Shown here piece after piece: positions 27,356 through 43,219 of a DNA stretch of 64,000 bases (position 1 is the stretch's first letter; each line of letters begins with the position of its first letter). Both the position numbers and the translations under genes were made by a program. The DNA comes from Eledone cirrhosa (lineage: Eukaryota): assembly GCA_964016885.1 (NCBI GenBank), contig OZ024744.1:32426001-32490000 (forward strand), in the 5' to 3' direction. The notes beneath the pieces were generated by a model. The model had not been told where the DNA came from. It saw only the letters and a list, made by a program, of their open reading frames with translations, and searched no databases.

Positions 27356-27906
27356 GATATTATTGTAATATTATTATTGTTCACTCAAACAACACCACGT
27401 GGTACATGAACAACTTCAATCTTTTGTTCCAGTGGTATCTGAGAGAAAACAATCCACAAGTGACAATTGTTTCGGAGTATTTTATGTATTCTCACCAGTT
27501 CCAGACGGTAGCTAACGAGCAGAATACACAATCTTGACAAGGAGCGAGACACCTCGAAATAATCAATTGTCGATTGTTTTCTCTCATCTACCACTGGAAC
27601 AAAAGGATGACGATGTCATCTACCACGTGGCGTTTATGAGGCTGTTTACTTAGAAAGAAACACAATATTAATAATAAGGGCGGTGGACTGGTAGTATCGG
27701 TAGAGGGACGGACGCCATGCTTTTGAGCATTTACGGTCTGAGATCAAATTCCGCCGAGGCTAACTTTGCCTTTCATCCTTACGAGGTCGATAAAATAAAG
27801 TACCAGTAATGCACTGGGGTAATTGTTGGACTTGTGCCAAAAGAAGAAACACTTATTAAGTAGAAACAATTATTATTATTCACTCACGAATACAAACACT
27901 CACTCT

Positions 27907-27941
<35 letters not shown>

Positions 27942-28383
27942 TGAAAGAGTGAAGAATAGCATGGTCAACAGTAAAAGGGTTTTATTTACAGTTTATGATC
28001 TGGTTAAGCTAACAACGTATTTAAAATTGAGTGGCACAGCTTCAAGTGTTCAGCAATGTTTTAGAGAACTTAATCAGTGAAACAATTGTTAGACTGTAAA
28101 TAAAACCCCTTTTTCTTTGTACTGTTGACCATGTTATTCTTAACATTTTCAATATTATTACTCCAAGATAAACTTACATAGGAATTCAAGAGAACTCACA
28201 AACTCGCCACCTACGGAAACCTCTTGTTGAGTGAAACAACGACGAACGCTAAAACTATCCCTAATACGGAGTATTCACAACCTCTAACTGGATTACCTAT
28301 AACGATATTTTGTTACCCCTATATATATATATATATATATCAGTTGAAAATATTAACAAAATAGATATTCTTGTGATCAATTA

Positions 28384-28450
28384 TATTTTATTATACATAT
28401 TTCAGAGGTACTGAGTTAAGTTCAACAGTACGTCCTCATCAGATAAAATA
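28384..28450 (-). ncRNA. Minimal type I hammerhead ribozyme
   Basis: Minus: TATTTTAT CTGATGA GGACGTACTG..CAGTACCTCT GAAA TATGTA TA ATAAAATA. Confidence 0.75.
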
Positions 28451-28612
28451 AGATGATGAATGACATACCCTGACATAGTAGATGGTTAAGATTCAGTTTG
28501 AATTAATATTAATAACTCTGGAAAACCTTTTTTACCGTTGAGTGCTTCCAATCTATTGTAAAACTCATTCTTTGATGTATTCATTGAACCTTGTTTAACT
28601 TTTAAATATATA

Positions 28613-28696
<84 letters not shown>

Positions 28697-28814
28697 AGTT
28701 GGTGTGTTAAGAAGACAAAAGACAGTCAGTTATTTCATGAAATTGGGAGGAGATTTCATTATAAAGCTATGATTGATTATTGAAATAATAGAGTTAGAAA
28801 GAGGGAGAAAGTAG

Positions 28815-28998
<184 letters not shown>

Positions 28999-29102
28999 AA
29001 TCAAAGGGTATATATATATATATACTTAGACATAGTCACAGTTACTTATATGAGTTTGGTAACCATTCACGGTGTGGTATATATATATGTATAATATATG
29101 TA

Positions 29103-29163
<61 letters not shown>

Positions 29164-29173
29164 AATATATGTA

Positions 29174-29289
<116 letters not shown>

Positions 29290-29449
29290 ATACATATATA
29301 TATACATATATATGGTCTTTTACACACGCACACACTTCCACCAACATCAAAATATCTTGGCAGATCTTTGTAGTCACTGTCACAAATATATGTACAAAGC
29401 ACACCCCACCAAAACCTGTGAACAAAACCAAGTGCAATATCCCCCAAAA

Positions 29450-31546
<2,097 letters not shown>

Positions 31547-31702
31547 CAGCTATTTCTGGAGTCCAGAAATGAAATAGCCGTCGAAAAGGCTTGAGCTCTG
31601 CCATCGTGGTTAAACATTTTCCTATTACCCACTCTACTACCTTAACTATTGAGTATTCTGGTGCGTTATGTTCCATCTGGTCCCTTACCACATTTCTTTC
31701 GT

Positions 31703-31783
<81 letters not shown>

Positions 31784-31910
31784 ATACAAATTAATATGTA
31801 TATTTATAGAACTTTTTGTACAAAATCACTGATCTATTTTCATTCAGATATATGTATATTAATAACAAATGTACTTATGTATTACACACACACACACACA
31901 CACATATATG

Positions 31911-31981
<71 letters not shown>

Positions 31982-32341
31982 ATATATGTATGTATATATA
32001 TATATATATATTATATATCTTTATATATATATGTACACATATATAACACAAGTCATTAGATTGATAGAGAGGTAAATAAAGCGATACGAGTGAAAAGGCA
32101 GGAACAGTTAAAAGAAGGGATAGAAAGTAAATATGAAAAAATGAAAGAAAATAAGATTGAAACGGTTGATATAATAAACATTCATTAAACCTCATTGGTA
32201 TTTACAACGTCAATGGTTTTACTGCACTGTCAGCAGTTACGGGGTTCATAAAAAAATGATCATATTATGTGTTACCTTTGGAGAACAAAGAGTAGAATGT
32301 TTTCATACTTTAAGAATGAACATTATTATTATTATTATTTT

Positions 32342-32651
32342 GTTGAAAGATGGGTGAGAGAAGCAAGTATGGCCCGAATGAATGGGCCTTCTCTGAGTAT
32401 GTGTCTGTAAATTAAAGGTGGAAAACTGGGAGAGGGCACTTGCCCTGGTGGTCAGGGCCACTGTGGTCTTTTAATGGGCTTTCTCCACAAATCTCCCTTG
32501 GAAGTCTCCCTCCTATTGGGGAATTTTTCTTTGTTATTTTATTTCAACCTCTGTTTTTTTACACGCAGAAATGCCCATTTGTACCGTCCTGCATTGTCCT
32601 GCACTGTCCTTAATGTCTACTTTATGTAAACCCTTGTGGTTAATAAAGAAA

Positions 32652-32652
<1 letters not shown>
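32342..32652 (+). mobile_element. 3' fragment of a related Tx1-like family, flanked by (ATT)n
   Basis: ERWVREASMARMNGPSLSMCL* matches the ORF2 end ERWVKVARMARVNGPSLYIRL*; ends AATAAAGAAATC(ATT)n. Confidence 0.8.
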
Positions 32653-32692
<40 letters not shown>

Positions 32693-32834
32693 GTTGCATT
32701 TATCTTGCTTTATGTTCATACGAGTTATCACCAAGTCACAACCAGTGACCTCAAGAGACAACAAGGTCCGCCATGTTCAAGAAGGAACATACATATTCAC
32801 ACATGCATCTTTAGTGTTTAGACTTGTGATGTAC

Positions 32835-35252
32835 TTATATTGACAGAATCTTACTTAGTATATGGGCAGTTCCCATTAGTACTATCTTTTGTATTTCTCC
32901 TATACGCGGGTTTCCTGGGATTTGCGATATGTAATCATTAGACCCCTTAGGTATCATTCCAAGAGCGCCTACAACCACTGGTATTGTTTTAGTTCTCAAT
33001 TTCCACATTTTTCCAATTTTTATCTCCAGGTCCTTATACTTGCTCAATTTTTCAAATGTTTTTATAGATATATTCTTGTCTATTGGAACAGACATATCAA
33101 TTAGCAGGCATACCCTCTTTTGAAAGTCCTTCAATATTATATCAGGTCTATTTGCATTTATTTTTCGGTCTGTTTGGATCCTAAAGTTCCACAAGATTGA
33201 GATGTGATCTTTTTCAAGTATGGGAGGTGGTTGATGCTCCCACCAATTCTTTTGATGGGGCAGGTCAAAATGCTTACACATTATCCAATGTATGTATTGT
33301 GCAGCTCTGTCATGCCTGTTTAGGTATTCGGTTGGAGCTATAGGACTGCACATTGAAATTATATGGTCAATGGTCTCTGGTTGTTTTTTGCATACACGGC
33401 ATAATGGGCTGCACCCATTTTTTATTATGTTGGCTTGGTAATTTTTTGTTGGCAGACACTGATCTTGTGCTGATATAATCAGTCCTTCAGTCTCCGATTT
33501 CAGTCCAGAGGATGCCAACCGCTGATGGGTTAAAGTTTTGTCAACATCAGGATTGTTAGCTCGCTCTGGGTATTTTCCATACAGAGGCTTTTCTTGCCAT
33601 TTCTTAGCCAGTTTCTGTAGCAGTTCTTTCTTTGCAGTTACTTTTACCTGCTTTGCTTTTTCTGTGTTTTCCATTTCAGCAGTAAATGGGACTTCTGAAA
33701 TTTGTAGTCCATTACTGTATCTTTGTGCATCTTTTGTAATGGAATATGATCTTTTGATGCTTTCGTGTTTCAAAACGAGTTTGATCATCCAATCATGTGA
33801 TTCCCTTAGATATGTAGATAATCCAATTGTTGCAGTTTTCAACGCAATGTCTAACTGGATTAACCCACGTCCTCCTTCTTTCCTAGGGAGATATATTCTA
33901 TCTATATCTGCCTTAGGGTGATGCATTCTGTGCATGGTTAAGAATTTTCGAATTTTTGTATCGAGCCTACGGATCTCTGTGCTTGACCAGTTGATGACAT
34001 TGTAACTGTAGGTTACTACTGGTATGGCAAGCGTGTTTATGGCATCGATCCTATTCATTGCATTCAATTCCGTTATTAAGATTGCTCTTACTCTGCGGTA
34101 ACATTCCTTCCTTATCCTTTTCCTCATTGTCGAGTGCTTGATTCCGTCTCCTTCACAAACATCTAGATATTTGTAAGTTTTTTCTTGATCAAGTTCTCTT
34201 ATCACGTTCCCCCGATCAAGATTAATGCCTGAACTCTTCAGCAGCTTTTCTCTGGTGAACGTTGCTTTGGCGCATTTATCTAGTCCAAACTCCATTTTAA
34301 TGTCATCACTGAACTGCTCCACAGTGGATAATAGCCCTTGCAATTGTTCATCATTTTTTGCAAATAGTTTCAGGTCATCCATGTAGAACAGGTGATTAAT
34401 GGTTTTGTCATAGACTTTATATCCATGTTTTGTTTCATTGAGCATTTTACTTAATGGTATAAGTGCGATGCAGAATAAAAGCGGTGATAAAGAGTCACCC
34501 TGAAAAATTCCACAATTAATATCAACTTCTCCAGCTTCCAGTGATTTTGTTTCACTATTCAAAAGGAGTGTCGTTTTCCATGTCTTCATACTGAATGACA
34601 AAAACCTCCTGACAACGGGGGATATTTTGAAAATCTCTAAACATTTTTCAATCCAACTGTGTGGCAAACTATCGAATGCTTTTTTATAATCTATCCAAGC
34701 AATGGATAGATTTTTGTGTCTAATATGACAATCTTCCAGTATCATTTTGTTAACCAGAAGCTGATCCTTACAGCCATATGAGCCTCGTTTACACCCTTTC
34801 TGCTGAATGGGAAATAGGTCATTTGTTATCGGGTGGTCATATGTGTATTCAGTTAGGACTGATGTTAAAATTTGATACTTTGTGGTCAAGCAAGTTATCG
34901 GTCTGTAATTTTTGGGATTGTTTGTCTCATCATTCTTCGGAAGCAGGAATGTAATGCCGTTAACTAGCCATGATGGTATCTTTTCTGGCTCCTTAACTAT
35001 TTCATTGTAAAGTTGGGCTAACAGCTCCTGAGACTCTGTGAAGGCATTTATCCAAAAGTTTTGTATTTTGTCTTTTCTTGGGGATTTCCATTTGCTGGTT
35101 TTTCTTAGAGCCAAGCGCAACTGTTCAACTGTTATATTTTCCCATATTTGTTCCTCAAGGTGAGCTGTATCTTTCATTTGTCTGTCTATCCATGGGGCAT
35201 GTATGTTATGAACTTTTTCTTCGGCCCAGATCTTTTCCCAGAATTCTTGCAC
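32835..35252 (-). CDS. R4/Dong-like non-LTR retrotransposon RT + CCHC + restriction-like endonuclease, 5'-truncated, 805 aa uninterrupted
   Basis: NYRPITCL, QKGC, DYKKAFDS, GIFQGDSLSPLLF, YMDD, CRVC..ETIDHIISMC, RHD, RPDI, KYKDL; short 3'UTR then (TAA)n at 32654-32690. Confidence 0.92.
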   Translation of the reverse strand: MQEFWEKIWAEEKVHNIHAPWIDRQMKDTAHLEEQIWENITVEQLRLALRKTSKWKSPRKDKIQNFWINAFTESQELLAQLYNEIVKEPEKIPSWLVNGITFLLPKNDETNNPKNYRPITCLTTKYQILTSVLTEYTYDHPITNDLFPIQQKGCKRGSYGCKDQLLVNKMILEDCHIRHKNLSIAWIDYKKAFDSLPHSWIEKCLEIFKISPVVRRFLSFSMKTWKTTLLLNSETKSLEAGEVDINCGIFQGDSLSPLLFCIALIPLSKMLNETKHGYKVYDKTINHLFYMDDLKLFAKNDEQLQGLLSTVEQFSDDIKMEFGLDKCAKATFTREKLLKSSGINLDRGNVIRELDQEKTYKYLDVCEGDGIKHSTMRKRIRKECYRRVRAILITELNAMNRIDAINTLAIPVVTYSYNVINWSSTEIRRLDTKIRKFLTMHRMHHPKADIDRIYLPRKEGGRGLIQLDIALKTATIGLSTYLRESHDWMIKLVLKHESIKRSYSITKDAQRYSNGLQISEVPFTAEMENTEKAKQVKVTAKKELLQKLAKKWQEKPLYGKYPERANNPDVDKTLTHQRLASSGLKSETEGLIISAQDQCLPTKNYQANIIKNGCSPLCRVCKKQPETIDHIISMCSPIAPTEYLNRHDRAAQYIHWIMCKHFDLPHQKNWWEHQPPPILEKDHISILWNFRIQTDRKINANRPDIILKDFQKRVCLLIDMSVPIDKNISIKTFEKLSKYKDLEIKIGKMWKLRTKTIPVVVGALGMIPKGSNDYISQIPGNPRIGEIQKIVLMGTAHILSKILSI

Positions 35253-35719
35253 TTCCTCCTTCGGTGGTATTGATTTAGCAGTTATTGCGCCATGGTCTAA
35301 GGGACATCACAACCTTCATACCCAACAGCTTCGTAAAACCCACAAAACACATTTGCATAGACACACATTCTAACTCCAGGATGCTTGACTCCCTTGCTAT
35401 AATTCTTTAATACATGAGTCCCATTCTGACTGAACTTTAACAAAATGGCTGATTAACCACAAACTTGTTTTCCTCTTTCCATTTAGAGTTTTCTTCTTAC
35501 TTTCGTCTATTTCTTATTCTCTCTCTCTCAGTCTATCTTTCGATAAAAGAATAATATCAGAAACGTTAAGACACTTTTCTTACTACATCAAGTATTAAAC
35601 TAATATATATCATCCCTCTTCTGTATTGTTCTACTCAGTTGCTTTTCCCTATTGCCTTTTACTGCTCTATACACATACATAGTTACACAAACATACACAC
35701 ATACACACACATATATATG

Positions 35720-35799
<80 letters not shown>

Positions 35800-35804
<5 letters not shown>

Positions 35805-36176
35805 GGAGGAGGTTATAGTTCACTTGAAGCATTGTGTAATGAGGTATAAACGTTTGAATATGTGTAATAAGGCCAAAACAATGCAGGTATGGACATAGAA
35901 AAAAGAATGCAATAGTAAAAGATATTGTTGAGAATTCGTATTTGAGAATTCAAACCAGCGTCTTAAATCTCTAGCCAAGCCATGGCTTGGCTAGAGATTT
36001 AAGACGCTGGTTTGAGACCTTTATTTCCCTCCGAAGAAGAGATATTATCTCGAAAATTAAGGACATTTAAATAAATTCAAGGTGAAAGACGAATTCTCAA
36101 CAATATCTTTTACTATTGCATTCTTTTTTCTATGTCCATACCTGCATTGTTTTGGCCTTATTACACATATTCAAAC

Positions 36177-36180
<4 letters not shown>
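35800..36180. mobile_element. Solo fold-back copy of the Penelope terminal repeat seen at 23375-23608
   Basis: 35800-35940 is the reverse complement of 23470-23607; 35995-36180 is direct, with the CCGAAGA..GAAA motif at 36031-36055; (TA)n flanks. Confidence 0.82.
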
Positions 36181-36254
<74 letters not shown>

Positions 36255-36273
36255 ATTTGGAAAAACATCAAAT

Positions 36274-36352
36274 GCTCTGTATAGTCTTAAAGACTATTTC
36301 ATGAAAACTTTCAGTGGAGATGGTCACGGTTGGTATTCATCATCAGCAGAGC
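36274..36352 (-). ncRNA. Type I hammerhead with a hairpin stem III
   Basis: Minus: GCTCTG CTGATGA TGAATAC..GTTTTCA t GAAA TAGTCTT T AAGACTA TA CAGAGC. Confidence 0.75.
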
Positions 36353-36426
36353 TCAACAGATACCCAGGGCTCTCACAGAATTATAAGCCAAAAAGGGAAT
36401 TCTAAAACTGGCTAACTCTCTCTTTT

Positions 36427-36756
36427 TTCTGGGTTAGAAAATGATTAAAACGAAATGTTTTACTTTGTGTGTGAAGTGTTAAGGTATTAGTTGATTTATT
36501 GATTATTTAACAATGGCATTTATTTATCTATTTATATATTTAATTATTGTCTATTACCGGTTTCTGCATTTATATGCATTATCAAATGATAGTGAAATGT
36601 ATTAGTGTGGTGTCGCAGGTGTTAAACAGAAGGTGCAGAAAATAATTAAATATATAAATAGATAAATAAATGGCATTGTTAAATAATCAATAAATCAACT
36701 AATACCTTAACACTTCACACAAAGTAAAACATTTCGTTTTAATCATTTTCTAACCC

Positions 36757-36760
<4 letters not shown>
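36427..36760. repeat. ~120-bp-arm inverted repeat with degenerate hammerhead in spacer
   Basis: Arms 36427-36549/36641-36760; minus spacer TTGATAA TGCATATAAATGCA GAAA CCGG TA. Confidence 0.7.
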
Positions 36761-36818
<58 letters not shown>

Positions 36819-36879
36819 AAAAAAAGGAAAAAAAAAAATTTTTCTTCCTCATAATCGTCTCTCTCTCCCTGTTTTCATA

Positions 36880-36911
<32 letters not shown>

Positions 36912-36940
36912 CCTAACTTGTGTGCCTCCTCTCCACATTT

Positions 36941-37015
<75 letters not shown>

Positions 37016-37535
37016 TATACATGCACTTAAATACATATGTGTGTATAGGAGAAAATGTCATCAACAATACAAATATATCGATTTAATCGACTTTCCTCTC
37101 CCCTGAAATTGTTGATCTTGTGCCTAAATAAGAAACCATTATTGTTTTCTTTATTGACATTATTTCTACTAATATTAATACCTTGAGTATTTTTATGTGT
37201 AATCATATTACTGCCATTATTATCATATTCCATATGTATTCGGCTATTCTAGAAAGAAAATGAGTCTTTTGATGTTTTCAAACCAAGAATTAGCTCTAAC
37301 CACTTCACTTAATGACTTAATTCTCCTTGCATATATTTCGCTCATCTCAAGAGAATTTCCTCCCGCACTACCGTAAGGTCGTCCTGTTTCCTATTGATGA
37401 AAATTAGCCATAAAACTTTTGAAATATTTACTTCTGCATCTATAGATTGCTATTTCTCAGTTTCGGCAGATACCGCTCAGGGTGAAAGCAGAAATTGTTT
37501 CCTTCAACTTTTAATCTTTTCCGAGTTTGAAGAGA

Positions 37536-37676
<141 letters not shown>

Positions 37677-38976
37677 TATATATATGTGTGTGTGTGTTTA
37701 TGAAAGGTAAACAGAAATAATAATATGCAAGGAATATATTAGGTTAACGCTCGATATAGCGAAGAGTAGAGAAAAAAATCCGTTGTTTACCTAACTGCTA
37801 TTGTTAGTGGTGTGGCAGACAACACGTCTATGCTACTCCTGCTTCTACTAACGACCACTTCATGTGTAGGTCACGTTTACGGCCCCATTCGATCCTGCAC
37901 TAGCTGGCTGAAGGCAATATATTTGCCGGCTGTGGGACTTTATGTCCTATGTAAGGGAAAATGCTTTCTGAAGAGCTGAACTTTCCATTGGAAGTCCCTC
38001 GGATTTCCAATCTTTTGTGAGGCGAAACTGTCGGTAAAAGCAATATGGATAGGTAAATATTTAAATTATATTTTTTGAATTTGCGTGCACGTGGGACCGG
38101 ATGTATGGCGCGGTTCAGGCAGGCGCTATTAGGCTTGTGGCGGTCGGTATCTAGAAGTGGGTGTGTCTGGGTTTGTGGAAGAGAGGGAGAGTGTGTGCGT
38201 GTATATATGTGCATGGGGGTATGTGTGTCTACGCATGTATGCGTACATTTGTGTATGCACGCATGTGTCTGTGCCTGCCCATGTGTGTGTATATGTGTGG
38301 GTGTGTATGTGTGGGTACATACTCTGGAGTGTGAACAGACGTGTGAGATACCGAACCCAGCATGACTCCATTGAAGTGTGTCGGACGAAAAATGGCTGAT
38401 GACCTCTATAGCAGTAAATAGTGACCAGAACTTAAGATGACGTGGAATAGCAACAGCCAATGGCATGACATGAGTGGAAGATGTTTTTTGAAGGTGTACT
38501 TTTGACGATAACATCCCAGTGAGAAAATATGCTCCGAACGAACTACCCGTGTCCGAAGGAACCTGCAGCCATAGAATCAGCCAGATCCATGCAGTGATCA
38601 TGTCTCGAGCTACCTGCTGGCGAAACAATTGTAACACGCAATAAACTGAGTCCTGATGCATCACTAATTTTTCGTTTTTTTTATATTATCCACACTCTAC
38701 TTTGTATGAATATAGAGTGCTAATTTTGGCATACCGCCTATGGACGCACCATAGTTACCATTATACACAAGTACATATATATATATATGTGTGTGCCTGT
38801 GTGTGTATGTGTGTGTGTATGTGTGTGTGTGTGTATAATACATAAGTTGGTTTGTCATTAATATACATCTATCTGAATGAAAAGAGATCAGTGATTTTGT
38901 AAAAGATATTCTATAAATATACATATTAATTTGTATACATACATACATACCGCCGTTATACATATATATGTATATA

Positions 38977-39325
38977 CAATGATATTAAATAAATGGAAAC
39001 TATATTTATAAACCATATTTATTTTTGTCCTTCATCTCCTCTCTTCTCTCTCTCTATAGCCGTTTAAATAAACGGTTGTTTTTCAATTATTTACATATTC
39101 ATTTGCATATTCACCCATAAGTTTGAAAAATCCCTAATACATTTCCACTATCTAGAGAATATCCAACTGATAAGGTATGATTTTCTTGGATATGTCTCTA
39201 TTTATAAAACAAATTTTGTATTTTATCTGCAGAAAGCGTACCAAAGTCTTTTGGTACACTTGAAATATATATAATAAAATAAATATGATTTTATAAATAT
39301 AGTTTCCATTTATTTAATATCATTG
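38977..39325 (+). mobile_element. Copy of the 16.3/25-kb fold-back family with mutated hammerhead (39219-39281)
   Basis: TATTTTAT CTGCAGA AAGCGTACCAAA..TTTGGTACACTT GAAA TATATA TA ATAAAATA. Confidence 0.75.
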
Positions 39326-40303
39326 AATATTTACTCCAGTAACGTGTTGAGTGCTCTAAATCAGTTATAAACATTTATATTTATATTTGTCGCATTTCCA
39401 ACAAATTAAATAGCACTTCTACTTTATATATATATATATACATTCTGATAAAGAATCTTGCTAAACAAATTCAGAAACGAAATATATATATACGTCAATA
39501 CTCATCTTTTTCCATTTCTCCGAGGGTTCTTAACCCCACTATCAGGCTAAATAATTTCTTTAATTTCTTTAGTCAAAATACGGCGATAGCTTACATTTCT
39601 AATAATTTCAAACCCACTCGCTGTTTCGAAAATATTCTTACTTGATGTATATATATCCAAAATTAAGATAAATTAAATGAATTTAATCTAAATCGAAATT
39701 GTGGGTGTCATGCCATAACGGCGTGCGCCATATCGCCTGGAAATAAGCTCAAAGATATGTCCGAGCATTTTATAATAACTAGAAATTGATTAACATATAT
39801 ATATACATGAATAATCACAGGAGATAATTTTTACAAGCGTGTAACCACGCATGGCTAGTTGGGTAACAAATATATATACCTTTAAGTATGATTAATCTTC
39901 CCTGTATATATCCCATTATATATACAGGGAAGATTAATCATACTTATATTTCACCAATTAATCAGATGGTAAGTCACGGAAAGTGGATATTATTGGATTG
40001 TCAACAAGGAAGAATAATGTCCAGCGATCCATGCTCACACAGCGAGTTCAAATCCTCATCTGGCCGCTACAACGTGTTGTGTCTACACATCACAGCAGCT
40101 TCGTTTCAGTGGCGTGAATAGGTATTCGACAACTAGAAATAGCAGTCAAATTCCCTTCAACAGAAATATAAATATATAACGAAGGAAATGTGGTAAGGAA
40201 CCAGATGGACTGTAACGCACCAAAGTACTCAATACTTAGGGTAGTAGAATGGGTAATTAGACGTCGAAACGGCTTCAGCTAAGCCGCCGGGTTCCTACTC
40301 GTT

Positions 40304-40343
<40 letters not shown>

Positions 40344-40478
40344 AGGTGATAAAATCAAATATAGTAAAGAAACAAATTCGCATCGGTAGGGGTTCTCCTA
40401 CATAGATATAAAGTAGTGGCCGTACTCGAAAACGAGTTGGCAGCCACCACCATGTATGTATGTATGTATGTATGTATG

Positions 40479-41088
40479 TCAGGTCACCAGTTGGTGCTAC
40501 TGGTAACATGTATCCCAGTACAACCTGTCCCATGGTCGGGTTGTTGGCGACTAAACTGGCAACCCCACCAAGGTTTCTTAGTGAGGAGGGTGACTTTGGA
40601 CAACCTGCCGGACTAAAAACAAAACCTGTCAAAGGGAAAAGGAGCTCTTAAGAGTCAATTGCCATCCAAAATCACCGGGAGAGATGATCCCTTAGCCTTT
40701 GTCAAGGCAGAATTCTAGGAGAAGGAAAACTCTGATATATCACCTGCAAGCCTGATGGTATCCAATGATGTTGACTTGTTCTTCTTTTTGGTAAATATCA
40801 TCTTGGTTAAGAGAGTGGGACTGGCTTTGTGCAGTGCTTTTGCTCACTATAAAAGCTTCACGGCCCCAGGCATTGCTTTATATCTGGAGATCTCTCTGCA
40901 CTGGTCGTCACATGGTACCATGGGCCCAGCACTATGTGTCAATAATTGTCACAAGTGTAGTGTTTGTACCAGAGTTTTCAAGTGGCTGGCTGGACTAAAA
41001 AGTCACACTCGTTCAGCGCATCGGTAGGGGTTCTCCTACATGGATATAAAGTAGTGGCCGTACTCGAAAACGAGTTGGCAGCCACCAT
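40479..41088 (+). mobile_element. ~610-bp non-autonomous retroelement (likely RTE/RTEX-derived) with (TATG)n tail
   Basis: Full copies also at 61159-61766 and 62209-62829; 3' part encodes a C2H2 remnant [24 protein letters not shown]; ends GGCAGCCACC(ATGT)n. Confidence 0.82.
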
Positions 41089-41757
41089 GTATGTATGTAT
41101 GTATGTATGTATGTATGTATGTATGTATGTATGTATGTATGTATGTATGTGTATGTATGTAAGTAAGTGAATATGTATGTAGGTATGGATGGATGGCGGT
41201 GTGTGGGTATGCATCTGTGCAGGTTTATATGTATATACGTATATATATATAAATATATATACATACTTCATATATATCGGTTACACCATAAAGTGCTCCA
41301 CATTTACGAGCTAAATTCTTACGGTAAATATTGATGCAATCCAACTGAAGCAGGTCCTCCCCTTGATAGTGGAGGTGCAGGTACCGAGTGTCGATTGTCA
41401 AACTGATATATATATATATGTGTGTGTGTGTGCGTCTGTGTGGGTGTGCGCATGTGTGAGTCTATGTATGTTTATATGTACTCAGTAGGTATGTGTGTCT
41501 GTGTATATACAGTATATATATATATATAATAAAAAGGACGGTTTTTATATCTTCATTACGTTTATTGAGTATTGACGCGCATTTTGCCATTGATCAGTTC
41601 AAGGTTCGATCTGTATCGATGTGGTTCGACTCTGTAATCAAACGCTCGTCGTACTTCTATGGTAATGACAGAATGATGGTGTCGCTACCACAACAGAAGT
41701 CCGACAAGCTCTTGATTGTGACCCCTCTCAACATTAAAAATCTCTGCTTCCATAACT

Positions 41758-41830
<73 letters not shown>

Positions 41831-41912
41831 GAAACAGTAAACAAAAAAAACCAAAAAAAAAACCCTGGAAGTGAAGGGGCAGTACAAAATGTTAATATTA
41901 GTTTCACGCTTG

Positions 41913-41983
<71 letters not shown>

Positions 41984-42156
41984 GGAGGTGAGTTTTATTG
42001 TAGCACAATAAAGCAATGCAAACATCGGATAAGTAGCACTCTACAGTTTGTAGGACTAGAGTATAAATAATATAAGATCTAAAGATGGTTAAAAGAGTTC
42101 CAAGTATTTTATTATGCGCATTTTAAGTGTTTTTTAAGCTTCATATCATGTATCCC

Positions 42157-42227
42157 TATTTTATCTGATGAAAACGCAGATATCATCCCAGGATGATATT
42201 TGTTTTTGAAATGCGCATACTAAAATA
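42157..42227 (+). ncRNA. Minimal type I hammerhead ribozyme (17.3-kb family)
   Basis: TATTTTAT CTGATGA AAACGCAGATATCATC CCAG GATGATATTTGTTTTT GAAA TGCGCA TA CTAAAATA; element spans 41983-42262. Confidence 0.72.
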
Positions 42228-42257
42228 CTTGGAACTCTTTTAACCATCTTTAGATCT

Positions 42258-42388
<131 letters not shown>

Positions 42389-42603
42389 GTATTTCCGTAG
42401 GAAAGGTAAAGGAAAAGAGAGTGCTCTATGAAGGCTACAGAGCTTTTTAGTTATGTAATAAACAACATAACATAATTAATTCATTTACCAGTGGTTTCAT
42501 GAAGACAGATATTTATATCTGTCTTCAGTCAGAAAGAATATCATGGAATGTTTATTAAATAAACATTTCATGTTATTCTTTCTGACGACTGAAGACAGAT
42601 ATA

Positions 42604-43068
42604 AGGGAGCTGTTATTTCAAGAATTGGCCAGTTCTGGATACAATTGTTTCACAAACATATATCTGTGGACAAACTAGCCAGTCACAATCAAATATAAAG
42701 AGATTGTCCAACCAGGGCCCAGGTTTCACCAGCCACACCTTCCCCATACAAGTCAATTAAACAACCAATATATAAACAAATAAACATATCCACACAAATA
42801 CATACGATTACATCCACACATCCACACACGCATACATACATACATACGTACATACATATATATATCGTAAGTATTTGTGTGGATATGTTTATTTGTTTAT
42901 ATATTGGTTGTTTAATTGACTTGTATGGGGAAGGTGTGGCTGGTGAAACCTGGGCCCTGGTTGGACAATCTCTTTATATTTGATTGTGACTGGCTAGTTT
43001 GTCCACAGATATATGTTTGTGAAACAATTGTATCCAGAACTGGCCAATTCTTGAAATAACACCTCCCT
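42604..43068. repeat. Near-perfect inverted repeat with ~195-bp arms
   Basis: 42604-42800 is the reverse complement of 42871-43068; spacer is a CATA/CA-type repeat. Confidence 0.9.
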
Positions 43069-43219
43069 TTGTTCTTAATATGCGCGCGCGTGTGTGTATA
43101 TATATATATATAAAGTGACAATAAGAATTGCAGCTTTTTGTAAACTTTATATATAACTACTAGTTACCCACATAATAACTTATTTATATATATATGTATA
43201 TGTATATATATATATATGC

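Noticed and set aside
37900-38664. 254-aa minus-strand ORF as a host gene
   Set aside because: Spans a (TG)-rich degenerate repeat; no domain or splice structure recognised.
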